Source: a bacterium
Lineage (GTDB): Bacteria; Zhuqueibacterota; Zhuqueibacteria; Residuimicrobiales; Krinioviventaceae
Reading direction: 5' to 3'
NCBI GenBank assembly: GCA_963674595.2
Contig: CAXXFV010000025.1
Span: forward strand, 25,159 to 89,158
DNA length: 64,000 nt
The notes beneath the pieces were generated by a model. The model was given only the letters and a program-made list of their open reading frames with translations. It did no database searches and was not told the origin of the DNA. Made by a program: the position numbers and the translations under genes. Below are positions 1-10,336 of the stretch, piece after piece (position 1 is the first letter of the stretch; every line of letters begins with the position of its first letter).

Positions 1-49
1 TACCTTTTGGACTGTTTTTGGCGCTGACCAGTTTAGCTTTGATATTCAT
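1..49 (-). CDS. possible 5' end of a gene running off the window (MNIKAKLVSAKNSPKG...)
   Basis: ATG at 49 with an open frame to the window edge, divergent from the activator gene; too short to identify. Confidence 0.25.
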   Translation of the reverse strand, partial: MNIKAKLVSAKNSPKG

Positions 50-193
50 TCAATCGGTTTATCCGAATATTTGGGATTGTTATGATATACAACAATACTT
101 TTCTTTATGGTAAAATAGTTTGATTTTTAGGAAACATGATTAAATAAATATTTATTGTTAGCTATGGATAAAGGATTTTAACGGGGTAGTTGA

Positions 194-1120
194 ATGAATC
201 ACGATCCGTGTGATAAAATAATTGGTAAAAGTAAGCAAATTGTTAATATAAAGAATCTGATTAAAAAAGCTGCAAGTTTCCCTCAACTTCCGGTTTTGAT
301 TACCGGAGAAACCGGAACAGGCAAAGAATTAGTTGCCGAAGCATTACATCAAGTTGGAAGTCGGGTAGATAAAAGTTTTGTAGCTATTAACTGTAGCGCT
401 GTACCGGAAATGTTGCTGGAAAGCACTCTTTTCGGCCACCGCAAAGGAGCTTTTACCGGGGCTGCCTGTGACCAACAAGGCCTGGTTGAAAAGGCTGACA
501 AAGGCACCCTTTTTCTGGACGAAATTGGTGATATGGATATCCGACTCCAACCCAAACTGTTACGCTTTTTGGAAAATGGAAAATATCTTAAAATTGGTGA
601 AAATCGGGAGCGATACGTAGACGTTCGGATAATAACCGCTACCAATAAAAACCTCCTATCTGGAATTAAAGAACAAAAGTTTCGTAAAGATTTGTTTTTC
701 AGATTAAAAGGATTTGAAATAGATTTACCGCCCTTAAGACAACGTTTGCAAGATATTCCCCCGCTTACGAAATATTTTCTTAATGGAAATCATCATCTCA
801 TTACTTCGGAAATCCATTGTTTATTTTCGAAATATCATTGGCCGGGAAATATAAGGGAATTAAAAACTCTTTTAGAAAAAATACCTCTTTTGGATCATAA
901 TTCTCCTGATTTTGTTGATCAATTAAAAGACTATATGCAGATCATTCCTGAGGGTGACATTGATTCTATCAAGACCTTGCAGGAAATTGAATTAGAATAT
1001 ATTAGCAAGGTTTATAAATTTACAGGCTATGAAATTCGTAGAACGGCAGCCCTTCTTGGTATTACCCGCAATACCTTAAAAAAGAAAATCAAAGAAAATA
1101 ATTTGTACAACCAAAATTAA
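194..1120 (+). CDS. sigma54-dependent enhancer-binding protein (AAA+ plus Fis-type HTH), no N-terminal sensory domain
   Basis: Walker A GETGTGKE, GAFTGA loop, Walker B LFLDEIG, WPGNIREL, C-terminal AALLGITRNTL HTH; AAA+ starts at residue ~9. Confidence 0.95.
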   Translation: MNHDPCDKIIGKSKQIVNIKNLIKKAASFPQLPVLITGETGTGKELVAEALHQVGSRVDKSFVAINCSAVPEMLLESTLFGHRKGAFTGAACDQQGLVEKADKGTLFLDEIGDMDIRLQPKLLRFLENGKYLKIGENRERYVDVRIITATNKNLLSGIKEQKFRKDLFFRLKGFEIDLPPLRQRLQDIPPLTKYFLNGNHHLITSEIHCLFSKYHWPGNIRELKTLLEKIPLLDHNSPDFVDQLKDYMQIIPEGDIDSIKTLQEIELEYISKVYKFTGYEIRRTAALLGITRNTLKKKIKENNLYNQN

Positions 1121-1128
1121 AAGAACAG

Positions 1129-1289
1129 GTGGGTCAATTATTGACAACTATAATAAGGTAATTATTTGTTTTTATTATATAAATACAAATTGACTTTCAA
1201 GTAAAAAATTAACCCACCCTTATCATTTTGTTTTATCAAACCTTATAATACTCGGGGAATCCTTAGTGGGTCAAAAATTGATCCACTAA
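1129..1289 (+). promoter_or_regulatory. three palindromic upstream activating sequences (GTGGGTCAA-WWW-TTGACCCAC-like), copy 1
   Basis: Right half-sites start at 1141, 1209 and 1278; the third is TTAGTGGGTCAA-AAA-TTGATCCACTAA; the array recurs at 10533-10690. Confidence 0.7.
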
Positions 1290-1380
1290 AATTAGTTATT
1301 TAAAAACACTATTTTAATGTATGGTTTGTAATATGTTGATTAATATCTAGTTGGGTGTGGGGTTGCAAAGCTTCTTTTGT

Positions 1381-1395
1381 TGGCATGATTGCTGT
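1381..1395 (+). promoter_or_regulatory. sigma54 -24/-12 promoter (TGGCATGATTGCTGT, non-canonical -12)
   Basis: GG-N10-GT upstream of the RHS gene; identical 15-mer at 10782 in otherwise diverged flanks. Confidence 0.65.
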
Positions 1396-1444
1396 CTATA
1401 GAGAGTCAAACAGTCAATTTTGTATTAAAATTGGGAGAAAATAG

Positions 1445-4400
1445 ATGAAAAGATATTTTTTGAATTGTCTGGCTTTACTCATGATATTGAGTACAACATA
1501 TGTTTGGAGTGATTCTCATTTTTTTGGTGCACCTCCGTCCATATCAGTTCCTGTATCCAATGTTGCAGAAAATATAAACATGTATACAGGAGAATTCACC
1601 GCGAATATGAATTTAGCTGGATTAGTTGGGAAAAATGGGATTTCATTTGCCTTAAATATTTTATACAGTTCCAATGTTCGTAGTAACTATAATAAAGATA
1701 ATACGACAAATCAGGCGAGTATTGTTGGATTGGGTTGGAATTTGGATATTCCTGCTATTGTCGGGAATCCTAATTGTACGACTTCTACTGATCATCACTT
1801 TGATTATTTGGGTTTCGTCGCAAACGGATCTTATAACCAACTGAGGCAGATTAGTACCTCTGATTTTTATAAATTAACAGATTATAAATTTTGGGAAATT
1901 AAAAGGACAACAAATGCCAATAATCAAATCCTTAAGTGGGAAATTTGGGATGAATCCGGTATGAAATATACTTTTGCTAACCGATGTCACCGGGTTGTAA
2001 GATATTACTATTCAGGTACAATTTTTATAGAGACAACGGATCATTGTAAAACAATGGGTTATAGATGGAATTTAACCGAAATAGAAGATCCCTTTGGTAA
2101 CAAGATAACATTACATTATGAAACCCCGGTAATAGAAAAAGTGAGTGATCTGGAATGGTTGGGAGATAGTTTTTCAGGTTATTCCGATTATACTAAAGCT
2201 TATTATCTTGATAAAATAGTTGACCAATCAACTAATAGGACAATAAAGCTTTATTACGCAACTGGAAGACAAGATGCTGGTGACAGTAAAAATTATTTTT
2301 CACCGCTAACAGATACCAATGAAAATGGTGATAGCTGTCAGGAACTGGTATTTGAAAAAAATTTAACCGATATTAAAGTATTTGACAAGGACCCGGATAT
2401 CAATCCTGATGAGACGTGCCTTAAACATACAAAGCTTAACTATAATTATGACACTTGGAAAACAGATGATGAGTATTACCGCAAACTAATGCTTACTTCT
2501 GTTCAAGAATATGATCCCAGAGATGGTCAACCTGCCTTTCCATCTACAAATTTCACCTATGAAACAAATACTGACTCATTAACTCATAACTGTGCTGCAT
2601 TAAAAACAATAAAATTACCTAACGGGTGCGAAAAAAGTATTGTATATACGGTATTGACAATGAGTTATACTCGACATTTTTACTATACTACAAGTATTAC
2701 AGTTGATGATGGCATAAATACCCCTGTTGTTACGCATTATTATGGAACCACACCAAAACCTTATAATGATTCCTTATATGTTGGGTATAACTCTGCTCTT
2801 TTATCAACACAAGCTGCAGATTTCAGATATTATTTTGAGAATCCGGGAGCCAGTTCCGCTGAGTTTTATAAAAGAGGTGTCTTAACTGAAATCGAAACTA
2901 TGCCAGCTGGAGGAGGTAGTGTAAAAAATGAGGTTGTAAATACATACAGTTATACTAATAAAAATGATGGATGTTATTATAAAAAACTAACACAAACTCA
3001 AGAAACAACAAATTATTCTTATCCATCTTCCGGTTCTTTAACTTCGACTGTAATATATTCCGATTTTGATGATGATAACGGCCAACCAACAAAAATAACA
3101 ACTACAAATACGGATGGTACTGTAAAGATTTTAGAAACAACATTTGCACACGATATTCCGCAATATAGTAATATGACAGAAGACGCAGTACATATGGTTT
3201 CCCAGATCGCCCAACAGACGGTTTATGAAACCAGCGATATTAATGAGAATGCAAAATCATCAAGTGTTACAACATATAAACAATGGGATACAGCCGACCC
3301 GAGTGTAGATACATGGGCGCCGAATAAAACCTATCAATGGTATGAAAGAAGTGCTACAAATTCTCTCCAGGCATTTAATTATGCCTCATGGTCTATCCAT
3401 GGCTATGAACCCACTTCGTCAGACGATTGGATTCAATTATCAGAAATTGCTAAGAGAGATGATTATGGAAATGTTTTATCAGTAAGATATCCTAGCTCTT
3501 TTATAGCGTTTGAGAATGGAAATTTTAGTTCAGTTCAATATGGGTATAACAATTGTCTCCCTGTCGCAGAAATTAAGAATGCTTATGTAAATGAATTTGC
3601 TTACGAAGGGTATGAAAGTGATATCTGCAATTGGGGTATTCATGATTCGAACCGGCAATCAGTATCAAATGAAGAGGCCTATACAGGCCGGAAATCGCTC
3701 AAGGTCTTGTCATCCGATTATTATAGTGGATGGGGCATCGACAAATCTTTTATTAGTTCAGGCTCAGACGATATAGATCAGGATTCAAAATATATTTTTA
3801 CTGCTTGGGTCAAGGCGCCAGCTATTCATGATAATATTTATCTTAATATTTATTATACATTATCTGGTGGAGGGTCTGGTTATGCAACACCTTGCTTCTA
3901 TACTGGAAACGGAGAGTGGCAATTATTGACCTGTATTTTGGATCTTGGTACCATCGCCAATGTTGCGACTGTTATGCCGTTTGCGGCTAATTATGGGACT
4001 AATAGCATTGCCTGCTATTGGGATGATCTGCGTTTTCAACCATATGATGCTGTCATGAAGACAACTGTCTATGATCCAAAAACGTTTCAACCAATTGCTT
4101 CATCAAATGCTAATAATTATCCCTCCTTTATTTGTTATGATGTTTTTGGCCGTCCTATTGTTTCTTTAGATGAGGATAAAGAACTTTTAAGCACATCGAG
4201 TTTTTATTTGTCTCGTGTTGGAAGCGGTAGCGATGAGTTTGAGAGCACAGTTCCCAATTCAACCACGTCTATTTCAGCAATGGGTGGTGGTGAGTTTGAT
4301 GATTTTGAATTGACCAATTCATTGTCAAAATATACGGAATCTCAAACACCCAGCGCGGCGACCTGGTCTTTGGATGATGGTTATTTAAAATCTACTCATG

Positions 4401-5908
4401 TTAATGACGGTTACAGTTTTTTATCTAATCAGAATAATGTATATACCGATTTAGTATTGGAATGTGATATTAAATATGACAGTGATAATCAATTAGGCGG
4501 TTTTTTCGTTCGCAGCCAGGATGGTACCTATAACAATTGTATTATTGTCGATGTAAACACAACAAAATTTGGATTTCGCAGACCACCTTACGGAACAACT
4601 GAAGGGGTTGTTTATGGTGGTTTAACACACGGTGAATGGCATCGGGTCAAAATAATTGCCATAGATACAAAATACGAATTGTATGTCGATGGTGAATTGA
4701 TTACCAGTATGACGAATTCATCCTATTCCTCTGGTTATTGCGGAATGATTTCACCCCATTATAAAGACAATATTTATTTTGATAATTTTTCAGTAGCAGA
4801 AAAACCGGTTGTAGCGGTAGCTTATACTGATGCCATGGGGCGTTCAATTCAAAATCAGTCCAGAGACGGTAACTATGATATTATCACAAAGACAGAATAC
4901 AATTCTTTAGGTAAAGTTTATAAGCAATACAAGCCACAAAAAATTAGCAATTCAACCCATGCATTTAAAACAAATGTGACCGGATTGTGCGAAGAGTTTA
5001 CATACTCTGCCGACGGATTGGCCAGATTGACACAACAAAAACACCCGGACAATGAAGTGATTACTTATGCTTTTGGAAAAGATTTATTTACCTATGATAT
5101 TGGTCAATCAGACTATTTTCACTATGAACAGGTAACTGATGAAAAGGACAAAGTTTCTAGGACTTATTTTGACAAATTTGGAAATAAAATCGGTGGTATT
5201 TCTGCCTTAGGTAGTGTAAATGATGAAATTAAATCGGCAAACGATTACGATGTCTTGGGTCAGGTAACTAAAATAAAACCCCCAAATTATTTTGATCCAC
5301 CATTAGGTTCTTCTGCTGGAGATTGGGATACTATCATGACCTATGATACTATGGGTCGATTAGTGCAAAAACAATCACCTGATGAAGGAATTTCTAGATA
5401 TGTCTATTATAATGATGGATCTTTATGTTACTCTCAAAACGCTTATCAGGACCAAACACATGATGGTTTTACTGTTTATAAATATGATAGATCTGGTCGC
5501 TTGTTAAAAATTTGTGAGGAAGATGATGTGACTTGGGGGCCTCCTCTGATATCAAGTATAGCATCCTATGGTTTAGAAACTGGAGAAATAAAGGTTGAGA
5601 ATTTCTATGATACCGATTATTCCGGATCTGATTCGCATTTTGGTATTGGTCAGTTAACTAAGGTTATAAAATATACTGGAACCGGAGCCAATGATTTTCA
5701 CCAAAGTCTTTACAAGTATGACGAATTGGGACATATCATCAAGAAAAAAATGAAAATTTTTAATGGCATTGACGTTAGCGAAAAAATTATTGAACATACT
5801 TATGATCATCTTGGCCGGGAAATTCAGCTGAAATATCCCACCGGGCATACGATTGTAAATAGTTTCGATAATTTTGGCCGGTTAGATAAAACATATTCAT
5901 CCAATTAA
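1445..5908 (+). CDS. secreted RHS/YD-repeat shell protein, N-terminal part (SpvB/TcB-like start, CBM4_9-like and ConA/DUF1080-like inserts); no RHS core
   Basis: Sec signal peptide; NMYTGEF...VGLGWNL; WDDLRFQPYDAVMKTTVYDP; YDxxGR repeats up to the stop; no PxxxxDPxG. Confidence 0.88.
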   Translation: MKRYFLNCLALLMILSTTYVWSDSHFFGAPPSISVPVSNVAENINMYTGEFTANMNLAGLVGKNGISFALNILYSSNVRSNYNKDNTTNQASIVGLGWNLDIPAIVGNPNCTTSTDHHFDYLGFVANGSYNQLRQISTSDFYKLTDYKFWEIKRTTNANNQILKWEIWDESGMKYTFANRCHRVVRYYYSGTIFIETTDHCKTMGYRWNLTEIEDPFGNKITLHYETPVIEKVSDLEWLGDSFSGYSDYTKAYYLDKIVDQSTNRTIKLYYATGRQDAGDSKNYFSPLTDTNENGDSCQELVFEKNLTDIKVFDKDPDINPDETCLKHTKLNYNYDTWKTDDEYYRKLMLTSVQEYDPRDGQPAFPSTNFTYETNTDSLTHNCAALKTIKLPNGCEKSIVYTVLTMSYTRHFYYTTSITVDDGINTPVVTHYYGTTPKPYNDSLYVGYNSALLSTQAADFRYYFENPGASSAEFYKRGVLTEIETMPAGGGSVKNEVVNTYSYTNKNDGCYYKKLTQTQETTNYSYPSSGSLTSTVIYSDFDDDNGQPTKITTTNTDGTVKILETTFAHDIPQYSNMTEDAVHMVSQIAQQTVYETSDINENAKSSSVTTYKQWDTADPSVDTWAPNKTYQWYERSATNSLQAFNYASWSIHGYEPTSSDDWIQLSEIAKRDDYGNVLSVRYPSSFIAFENGNFSSVQYGYNNCLPVAEIKNAYVNEFAYEGYESDICNWGIHDSNRQSVSNEEAYTGRKSLKVLSSDYYSGWGIDKSFISSGSDDIDQDSKYIFTAWVKAPAIHDNIYLNIYYTLSGGGSGYATPCFYTGNGEWQLLTCILDLGTIANVATVMPFAANYGTNSIACYWDDLRFQPYDAVMKTTVYDPKTFQPIASSNANNYPSFICYDVFGRPIVSLDEDKELLSTSSFYLSRVGSGSDEFESTVPNSTTSISAMGGGEFDDFELTNSLSKYTESQTPSAATWSLDDGYLKSTHVNDGYSFLSNQNNVYTDLVLECDIKYDSDNQLGGFFVRSQDGTYNNCIIVDVNTTKFGFRRPPYGTTEGVVYGGLTHGEWHRVKIIAIDTKYELYVDGELITSMTNSSYSSGYCGMISPHYKDNIYFDNFSVAEKPVVAVAYTDAMGRSIQNQSRDGNYDIITKTEYNSLGKVYKQYKPQKISNSTHAFKTNVTGLCEEFTYSADGLARLTQQKHPDNEVITYAFGKDLFTYDIGQSDYFHYEQVTDEKDKVSRTYFDKFGNKIGGISALGSVNDEIKSANDYDVLGQVTKIKPPNYFDPPLGSSAGDWDTIMTYDTMGRLVQKQSPDEGISRYVYYNDGSLCYSQNAYQDQTHDGFTVYKYDRSGRLLKICEEDDVTWGPPLISSIASYGLETGEIKVENFYDTDYSGSDSHFGIGQLTKVIKYTGTGANDFHQSLYKYDELGHIIKKKMKIFNGIDVSEKIIEHTYDHLGREIQLKYPTGHTIVNSFDNFGRLDKTYSSN

Positions 5909-5944
5909 TTGAATTTTATTATAGATAAATGAGAGGATAAAAAA

Positions 5945-8900
5945 ATGAAAGTATTCTCTAAAGTATATACCCTGCTTTTTCTGTTACTGACTTCTATGCT
6001 TTATGCCCAAGAAGGAGTATCGATTATTCCGGATTCTTTATTAACAAGAATTGAGAAAAAACAAGCCAACAATCGCGGTGTTGAAGTCAAATCTAAACGT
6101 ACCAATTTTAGCAAGACGTTTATAAATAGTGAAACCGGTAAACATACAGTTGTTTTGTCGAATGGATTTATGCACTATCAGGATGCAGGTGGTGAATTTC
6201 ATGATATTAATCGCAGACTAATGCCAGTAGACAGCACCCACTATGGCGTACGTGAAGGTATGTTTTATGCTTCCTTTGCCAAAGATTTGCAGGAAGACTG
6301 GCCCTTTACAGTCATGACAAAGGACAGCTCTTTTATTCGCTGGAGACTGGTATCTATGGTCTATTTTGACCAGGACAAAAAGAGCTATAAAACAGTTTAT
6401 AAACTAAATCCCTCCGAACCTGATGTTGTTGGTAATTGTATTACTTATCACAATATATTTCCGGGCGCAGATCTGCGTCTGGTATACGGGGACGTTGAGG
6501 TCAAAGAAGAGATTGTTCTCAGTGATGAGGCACGAAAAAAATTGCCCACACCAGAGAGTTTGAGTATGAAAAGCGAGAAAACCAGCATCATGTTTTTAGC
6601 TGAAATGCAAAATAGTGAAGATATTCAGGCCTTTTCAGATGTAGAAATAATTGTTGAAAAATCCTATAATACTAAAAAAGCAATTTTCTTTAAAAATAAA
6701 TCAAACAAATCACGTTTTATTTTTCCTATAAATTTTGCTTTTCTGGCAAAGGACCGTGAAGATCCTTTTTGTGAAACATTTGAACTGGATAAGCAATTTT
6801 TGTATGTAGATAAAAGTTCATTCTTTCTTTTCGGCATGTCGTTTAACCAATTTAGAGAGATACCGCAGGGAGACCTAGTCTTTGATCCGACTACAATTAT
6901 CCAACCGGATGCCGCTGCAGGAAAAGATGCTCGGTTTGGTTATTTTACTAACGGTAATTATAACTATGGTGTAAATTATATTTTGCAGTTGCATGCAAAC
7001 AATTATAATTATTATGGCGGCCGTACCATTATACAATATGATCTTGACCAGATACCTTCCAACGCAGATATTCAGTCAGCACAATTAAATATGTATTATT
7101 ATTCTGATCAAAATATGTATGTGTATCACAACAGTGCTGATGCCAATATCCATCAGGTCAGCCGAAGCTGGGTAGAAGGAACCGGAAATTGTATTTATTC
7201 CAACGACGGTGTAACGTTTAACACTTATAATGGTGTTAGCAATTGGACCAATCTTGGTGGTGATTATAATGCAACAGTATTAGATGTAGTGACTTTTTAT
7301 AAACAGGATTACAAGTGGATGGCCTTTGACCTGACTTCCAATGTGCAAGATATGGTGGACGGCACCACCACCAACAACGGTTGGATCATCAAGTGGGCTC
7401 AGGATATTTACCCTAATTTTAGTACTTCTCAGGGTGCTTTGTTCTATTCGTCAGACTATACCACAGATGTATCCAAACGACCCTATTTGGAAATAACCTA
7501 TTCAGTACCATCCTTGGCGAGTTATGATTATGATTCCATTGGCCGCTTGTCCAAAGTGACCTATGCCAATGGTGTTGAAGAGTCCTATAGTTATGACACC
7601 AACAGAAACTGGATGTCTCGTAAAGAATATGAAAACAACAGCAATAATGTCTATGATATTGACTACACCTATGATGATGTAGGCAACATCACATCCCAAG
7701 TCTATGCTTATGCCATGGAAGACAATACGACCATGAATTATGACTATAACGACCTGCATCAGCTGGATGACTTTTGGATTAGCGGTCAAGCACATTTAGC
7801 CTATGCTTATGATCCGAATGGAAATATTACTTCCAAAGAGGGAACGAGCTTTGCCTATGGAACAACCAATAAACTCGACTCAACCGGAGGTTTATCTTTT
7901 ACTTATGACGCCATCGGACGAGTTATCGGTATTACCGAGTCCGGATCGACAGATAATATGAGTTATGACTTGTTCAGCAATATGACTGCTTATAACTCTA
8001 ACAGTTATTCCTATGACTCTTTTAACCAGCGGGTATATAAAGATGAAGATGATGTAGAAACCTATTATATTACCAGTGGACAGGTTATTTTGGCTGAGTA
8101 TGATGGAAGTGACAATTTACAGGCTGAATATATCTATTCCGGTGGTAACCGTATCTGCACCTTTGATCCGGGACAAGGTCATTTATGGTTTTACACCGAC
8201 CATTTAGGCAGTAATCGGTTAATGAGCAATTCATCGACAAAACGGGAATATTACCCCTATGGAGATTTTTATACCACGGTGGGAGACGATGAAGTGGGCT
8301 ATGAATTTTCCGGAAAAGAACTTGACTCTGGCATAGGACTTTATTATTTTGGTTCAAGGTATTATCATCCCGGGATTGGACGTTGGTTGGTAACTGATCC
8401 GGCAGGACAGGGATTTAGTCCTTATATCTATTGCTGTAATTCACCTGTGGTAATGGTCGATCCGGATGGTAATTTTTCTGTTTTTGGTTTTTTAATCGGA
8501 TCTTATATCGGAGGAGCCTTTTTTTCTGGTATAACAGGTACTAGAGGTTTTATGAATCCAGCTAATTGGGACTATAGCGATCCCTATTTGTGGGCCTCGA
8601 TGATCACTGGTGGTCTTGCAGGTGGATTTAATATTCCTTATGATATTAGCTATGAATATCTAGCAGGAGGAGCAGGAGGAGCAGGAGGATCTTATTGCCT
8701 GCGTGCAGGTTTAAATAATTATGATGGTGGATGGCCATCTCTTAATTTTGGGGGAACAGCAAGTAATGATTGGGGCAATGGATTGGTGTCTGACGTTTCT
8801 TTTAATTTTTTCAATGGTGGATTAGGTACTCCACATGGAAGTAGAAGTTGGCAGTACGATGCATCATTCTCAGTTCATTACACTTATGGTCGTGGTTATG

Positions 8901-9409
8901 GAAGTGGTGATCCAATGTCGATTTATACATTAAATTACAATACCCAATCCGCAATTAGAAATACATATGGTGCTTGGTCCATTACATATGGACAAATATG
9001 GACGTATAATTCTGCAACTGGAGAGCAAACACGACAGGGAATGCTTGGAGGAAGGTATGGTGATGTTTCATTATATTATCATAATGATCATGTCGGTGCC
9101 CCAGGTTTTGGCGGTGATACAGATCAGGGCTGGACTGCTGGCTATGGAATCGCTGTTTCACATGGTGGGAGTAGTTATTTATTAGCTCAAGAACAATTTA
9201 CTGGAAAAGGAAAAGGAGGGCCTGTAGAGATAATAGATGATAAGCTTTATTATGTTCAAAATCCATACCAAATGAGTTTGAATAAGGCAGATACAATTTT
9301 AAGGGTTAACGGACTAGGATTTACTTTCAGCCGTGAGCCATGGGGACAAAATTATGTTCATGATAGGGCTAATGGGGGAGCTGGAATTCCTCGTTTCTTT
9401 TATTATTAA
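5945..9409 (+). CDS. secreted WapA-like head + DNRLRE domain + RHS repeats + RHS core + C-terminal toxin (Ntox23-like)
   Basis: Signal peptide; KRTNFSKTF...MHY head; DNRLRE-like region ending KRPYLEITY; YTDHLGS, GLYYFGSRYYHPGIGRW, SPVVMVDPDG; tip with ND, DxxWT and QxxxH. Confidence 0.9.
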   Translation: MKVFSKVYTLLFLLLTSMLYAQEGVSIIPDSLLTRIEKKQANNRGVEVKSKRTNFSKTFINSETGKHTVVLSNGFMHYQDAGGEFHDINRRLMPVDSTHYGVREGMFYASFAKDLQEDWPFTVMTKDSSFIRWRLVSMVYFDQDKKSYKTVYKLNPSEPDVVGNCITYHNIFPGADLRLVYGDVEVKEEIVLSDEARKKLPTPESLSMKSEKTSIMFLAEMQNSEDIQAFSDVEIIVEKSYNTKKAIFFKNKSNKSRFIFPINFAFLAKDREDPFCETFELDKQFLYVDKSSFFLFGMSFNQFREIPQGDLVFDPTTIIQPDAAAGKDARFGYFTNGNYNYGVNYILQLHANNYNYYGGRTIIQYDLDQIPSNADIQSAQLNMYYYSDQNMYVYHNSADANIHQVSRSWVEGTGNCIYSNDGVTFNTYNGVSNWTNLGGDYNATVLDVVTFYKQDYKWMAFDLTSNVQDMVDGTTTNNGWIIKWAQDIYPNFSTSQGALFYSSDYTTDVSKRPYLEITYSVPSLASYDYDSIGRLSKVTYANGVEESYSYDTNRNWMSRKEYENNSNNVYDIDYTYDDVGNITSQVYAYAMEDNTTMNYDYNDLHQLDDFWISGQAHLAYAYDPNGNITSKEGTSFAYGTTNKLDSTGGLSFTYDAIGRVIGITESGSTDNMSYDLFSNMTAYNSNSYSYDSFNQRVYKDEDDVETYYITSGQVILAEYDGSDNLQAEYIYSGGNRICTFDPGQGHLWFYTDHLGSNRLMSNSSTKREYYPYGDFYTTVGDDEVGYEFSGKELDSGIGLYYFGSRYYHPGIGRWLVTDPAGQGFSPYIYCCNSPVVMVDPDGNFSVFGFLIGSYIGGAFFSGITGTRGFMNPANWDYSDPYLWASMITGGLAGGFNIPYDISYEYLAGGAGGAGGSYCLRAGLNNYDGGWPSLNFGGTASNDWGNGLVSDVSFNFFNGGLGTPHGSRSWQYDASFSVHYTYGRGYGSGDPMSIYTLNYNTQSAIRNTYGAWSITYGQIWTYNSATGEQTRQGMLGGRYGDVSLYYHNDHVGAPGFGGDTDQGWTAGYGIAVSHGGSSYLLAQEQFTGKGKGGPVEIIDDKLYYVQNPYQMSLNKADTILRVNGLGFTFSREPWGQNYVHDRANGGAGIPRFFYY

Positions 9410-9604
9410 TTTAGTAAATTTCAACGTTATTAACAGAATGGAATTTGTTCTAAACTTTAAATTAACATATAAATGATCTTTAATATTAACTTGTGGTTAT
9501 TTTTGTTCTCTGCTTTTCAAACCAAACGAAAGAAGATTTAAAAAGAATAAAAAAAGTATAAGCGAAACTAAATAATAGAACATATAATTTAAAGGTATAT
9601 TGAT

Positions 9605-10168
9605 GTGAATGTTAAATGCTTTTTAATTTTACTAATGGTTGTCATGGTGTCCTGTGCGACAAATTTAAAAAGGCTCCCGGAAGGTGGATTTCGGCCTAAA
9701 ATACCGAATTTTAAGCTTGCAAAATTACCTTTTAAGTTAAAAAATAATGTAATCGATACCAATACTGTTTATTATGAATTGGAATTAGATCGAGATTTTC
9801 GAATATCTTATTTTGACACATCATTTTATTTTTATCGATTTTTTTCAAACGGTAGAGTGTATGTGAGTAAAATGTTTTATAAAATTCCAACTGATGATGC
9901 TGATTATAATGAATTGAAATCTGGATATATCGGATATTATAAAATTGAAGATAATAATAAATTGATAATAGAAACATTTGAGCCGATAAATTTAGGAAAA
10001 TTTGTAATCAGGTATGGAACTATAAAAGGTGATTCTATCATTATTCATAGTGAAGATAACAGTAAACTTTTTTTTGGATTAACAGATGCTAAGATGGATA
10101 TAGAAGATCTTAGTTTAGTCAAACTTAAAAGTCCTAAAATAAATTTATATTCGAAACCTGATTGGTAA
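9605..10168 (+). CDS. putative immunity lipoprotein for RHS toxin 1
   Basis: GTG start, lipobox-like MVSC, AT-rich, directly after the toxin gene. Confidence 0.7.
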   Translation: MNVKCFLILLMVVMVSCATNLKRLPEGGFRPKIPNFKLAKLPFKLKNNVIDTNTVYYELELDRDFRISYFDTSFYFYRFFSNGRVYVSKMFYKIPTDDADYNELKSGYIGYYKIEDNNKLIIETFEPINLGKFVIRYGTIKGDSIIIHSEDNSKLFFGLTDAKMDIEDLSLVKLKSPKINLYSKPDW

Positions 10169-10272
10169 CTAACATTATTTAATCGCCCCAGATATCACCC
10201 CTTTGAATTAAAGAAGCAAGAATATGCTTTTATAGTCAACCAGAATTTATTTTTTTAGGGTATTATTATCAA

Positions 10273-10315
10273 AAAATCCTCAAAGGTTTTCATAACTTTT
10301 GGGGATTTTGTTTTT
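10273..10315 (+). terminator. intrinsic terminator closing RHS locus 1
   Basis: AAAATCCTCAAAGGTT / AACTTTTGGGGATTTT stem followed by a T-run. Confidence 0.6.
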
Positions 10316-10336
10316 ATAAGTACTTGATAATGGCAT

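Noticed and set aside
5906-5947. Stop-codon readthrough fusing RHS genes A and B (same frame)
   Set aside because: Two stops (TAA, TGA) intervene; B has its own RBS and signal peptide; the locus 2 genes are in different frames
9410-9604. Possible decayed duplicate of the immunity gene (FKPNERRFK versus FRPKIPNFK)
   Set aside because: Similarity too short and weak in very AT-rich DNA
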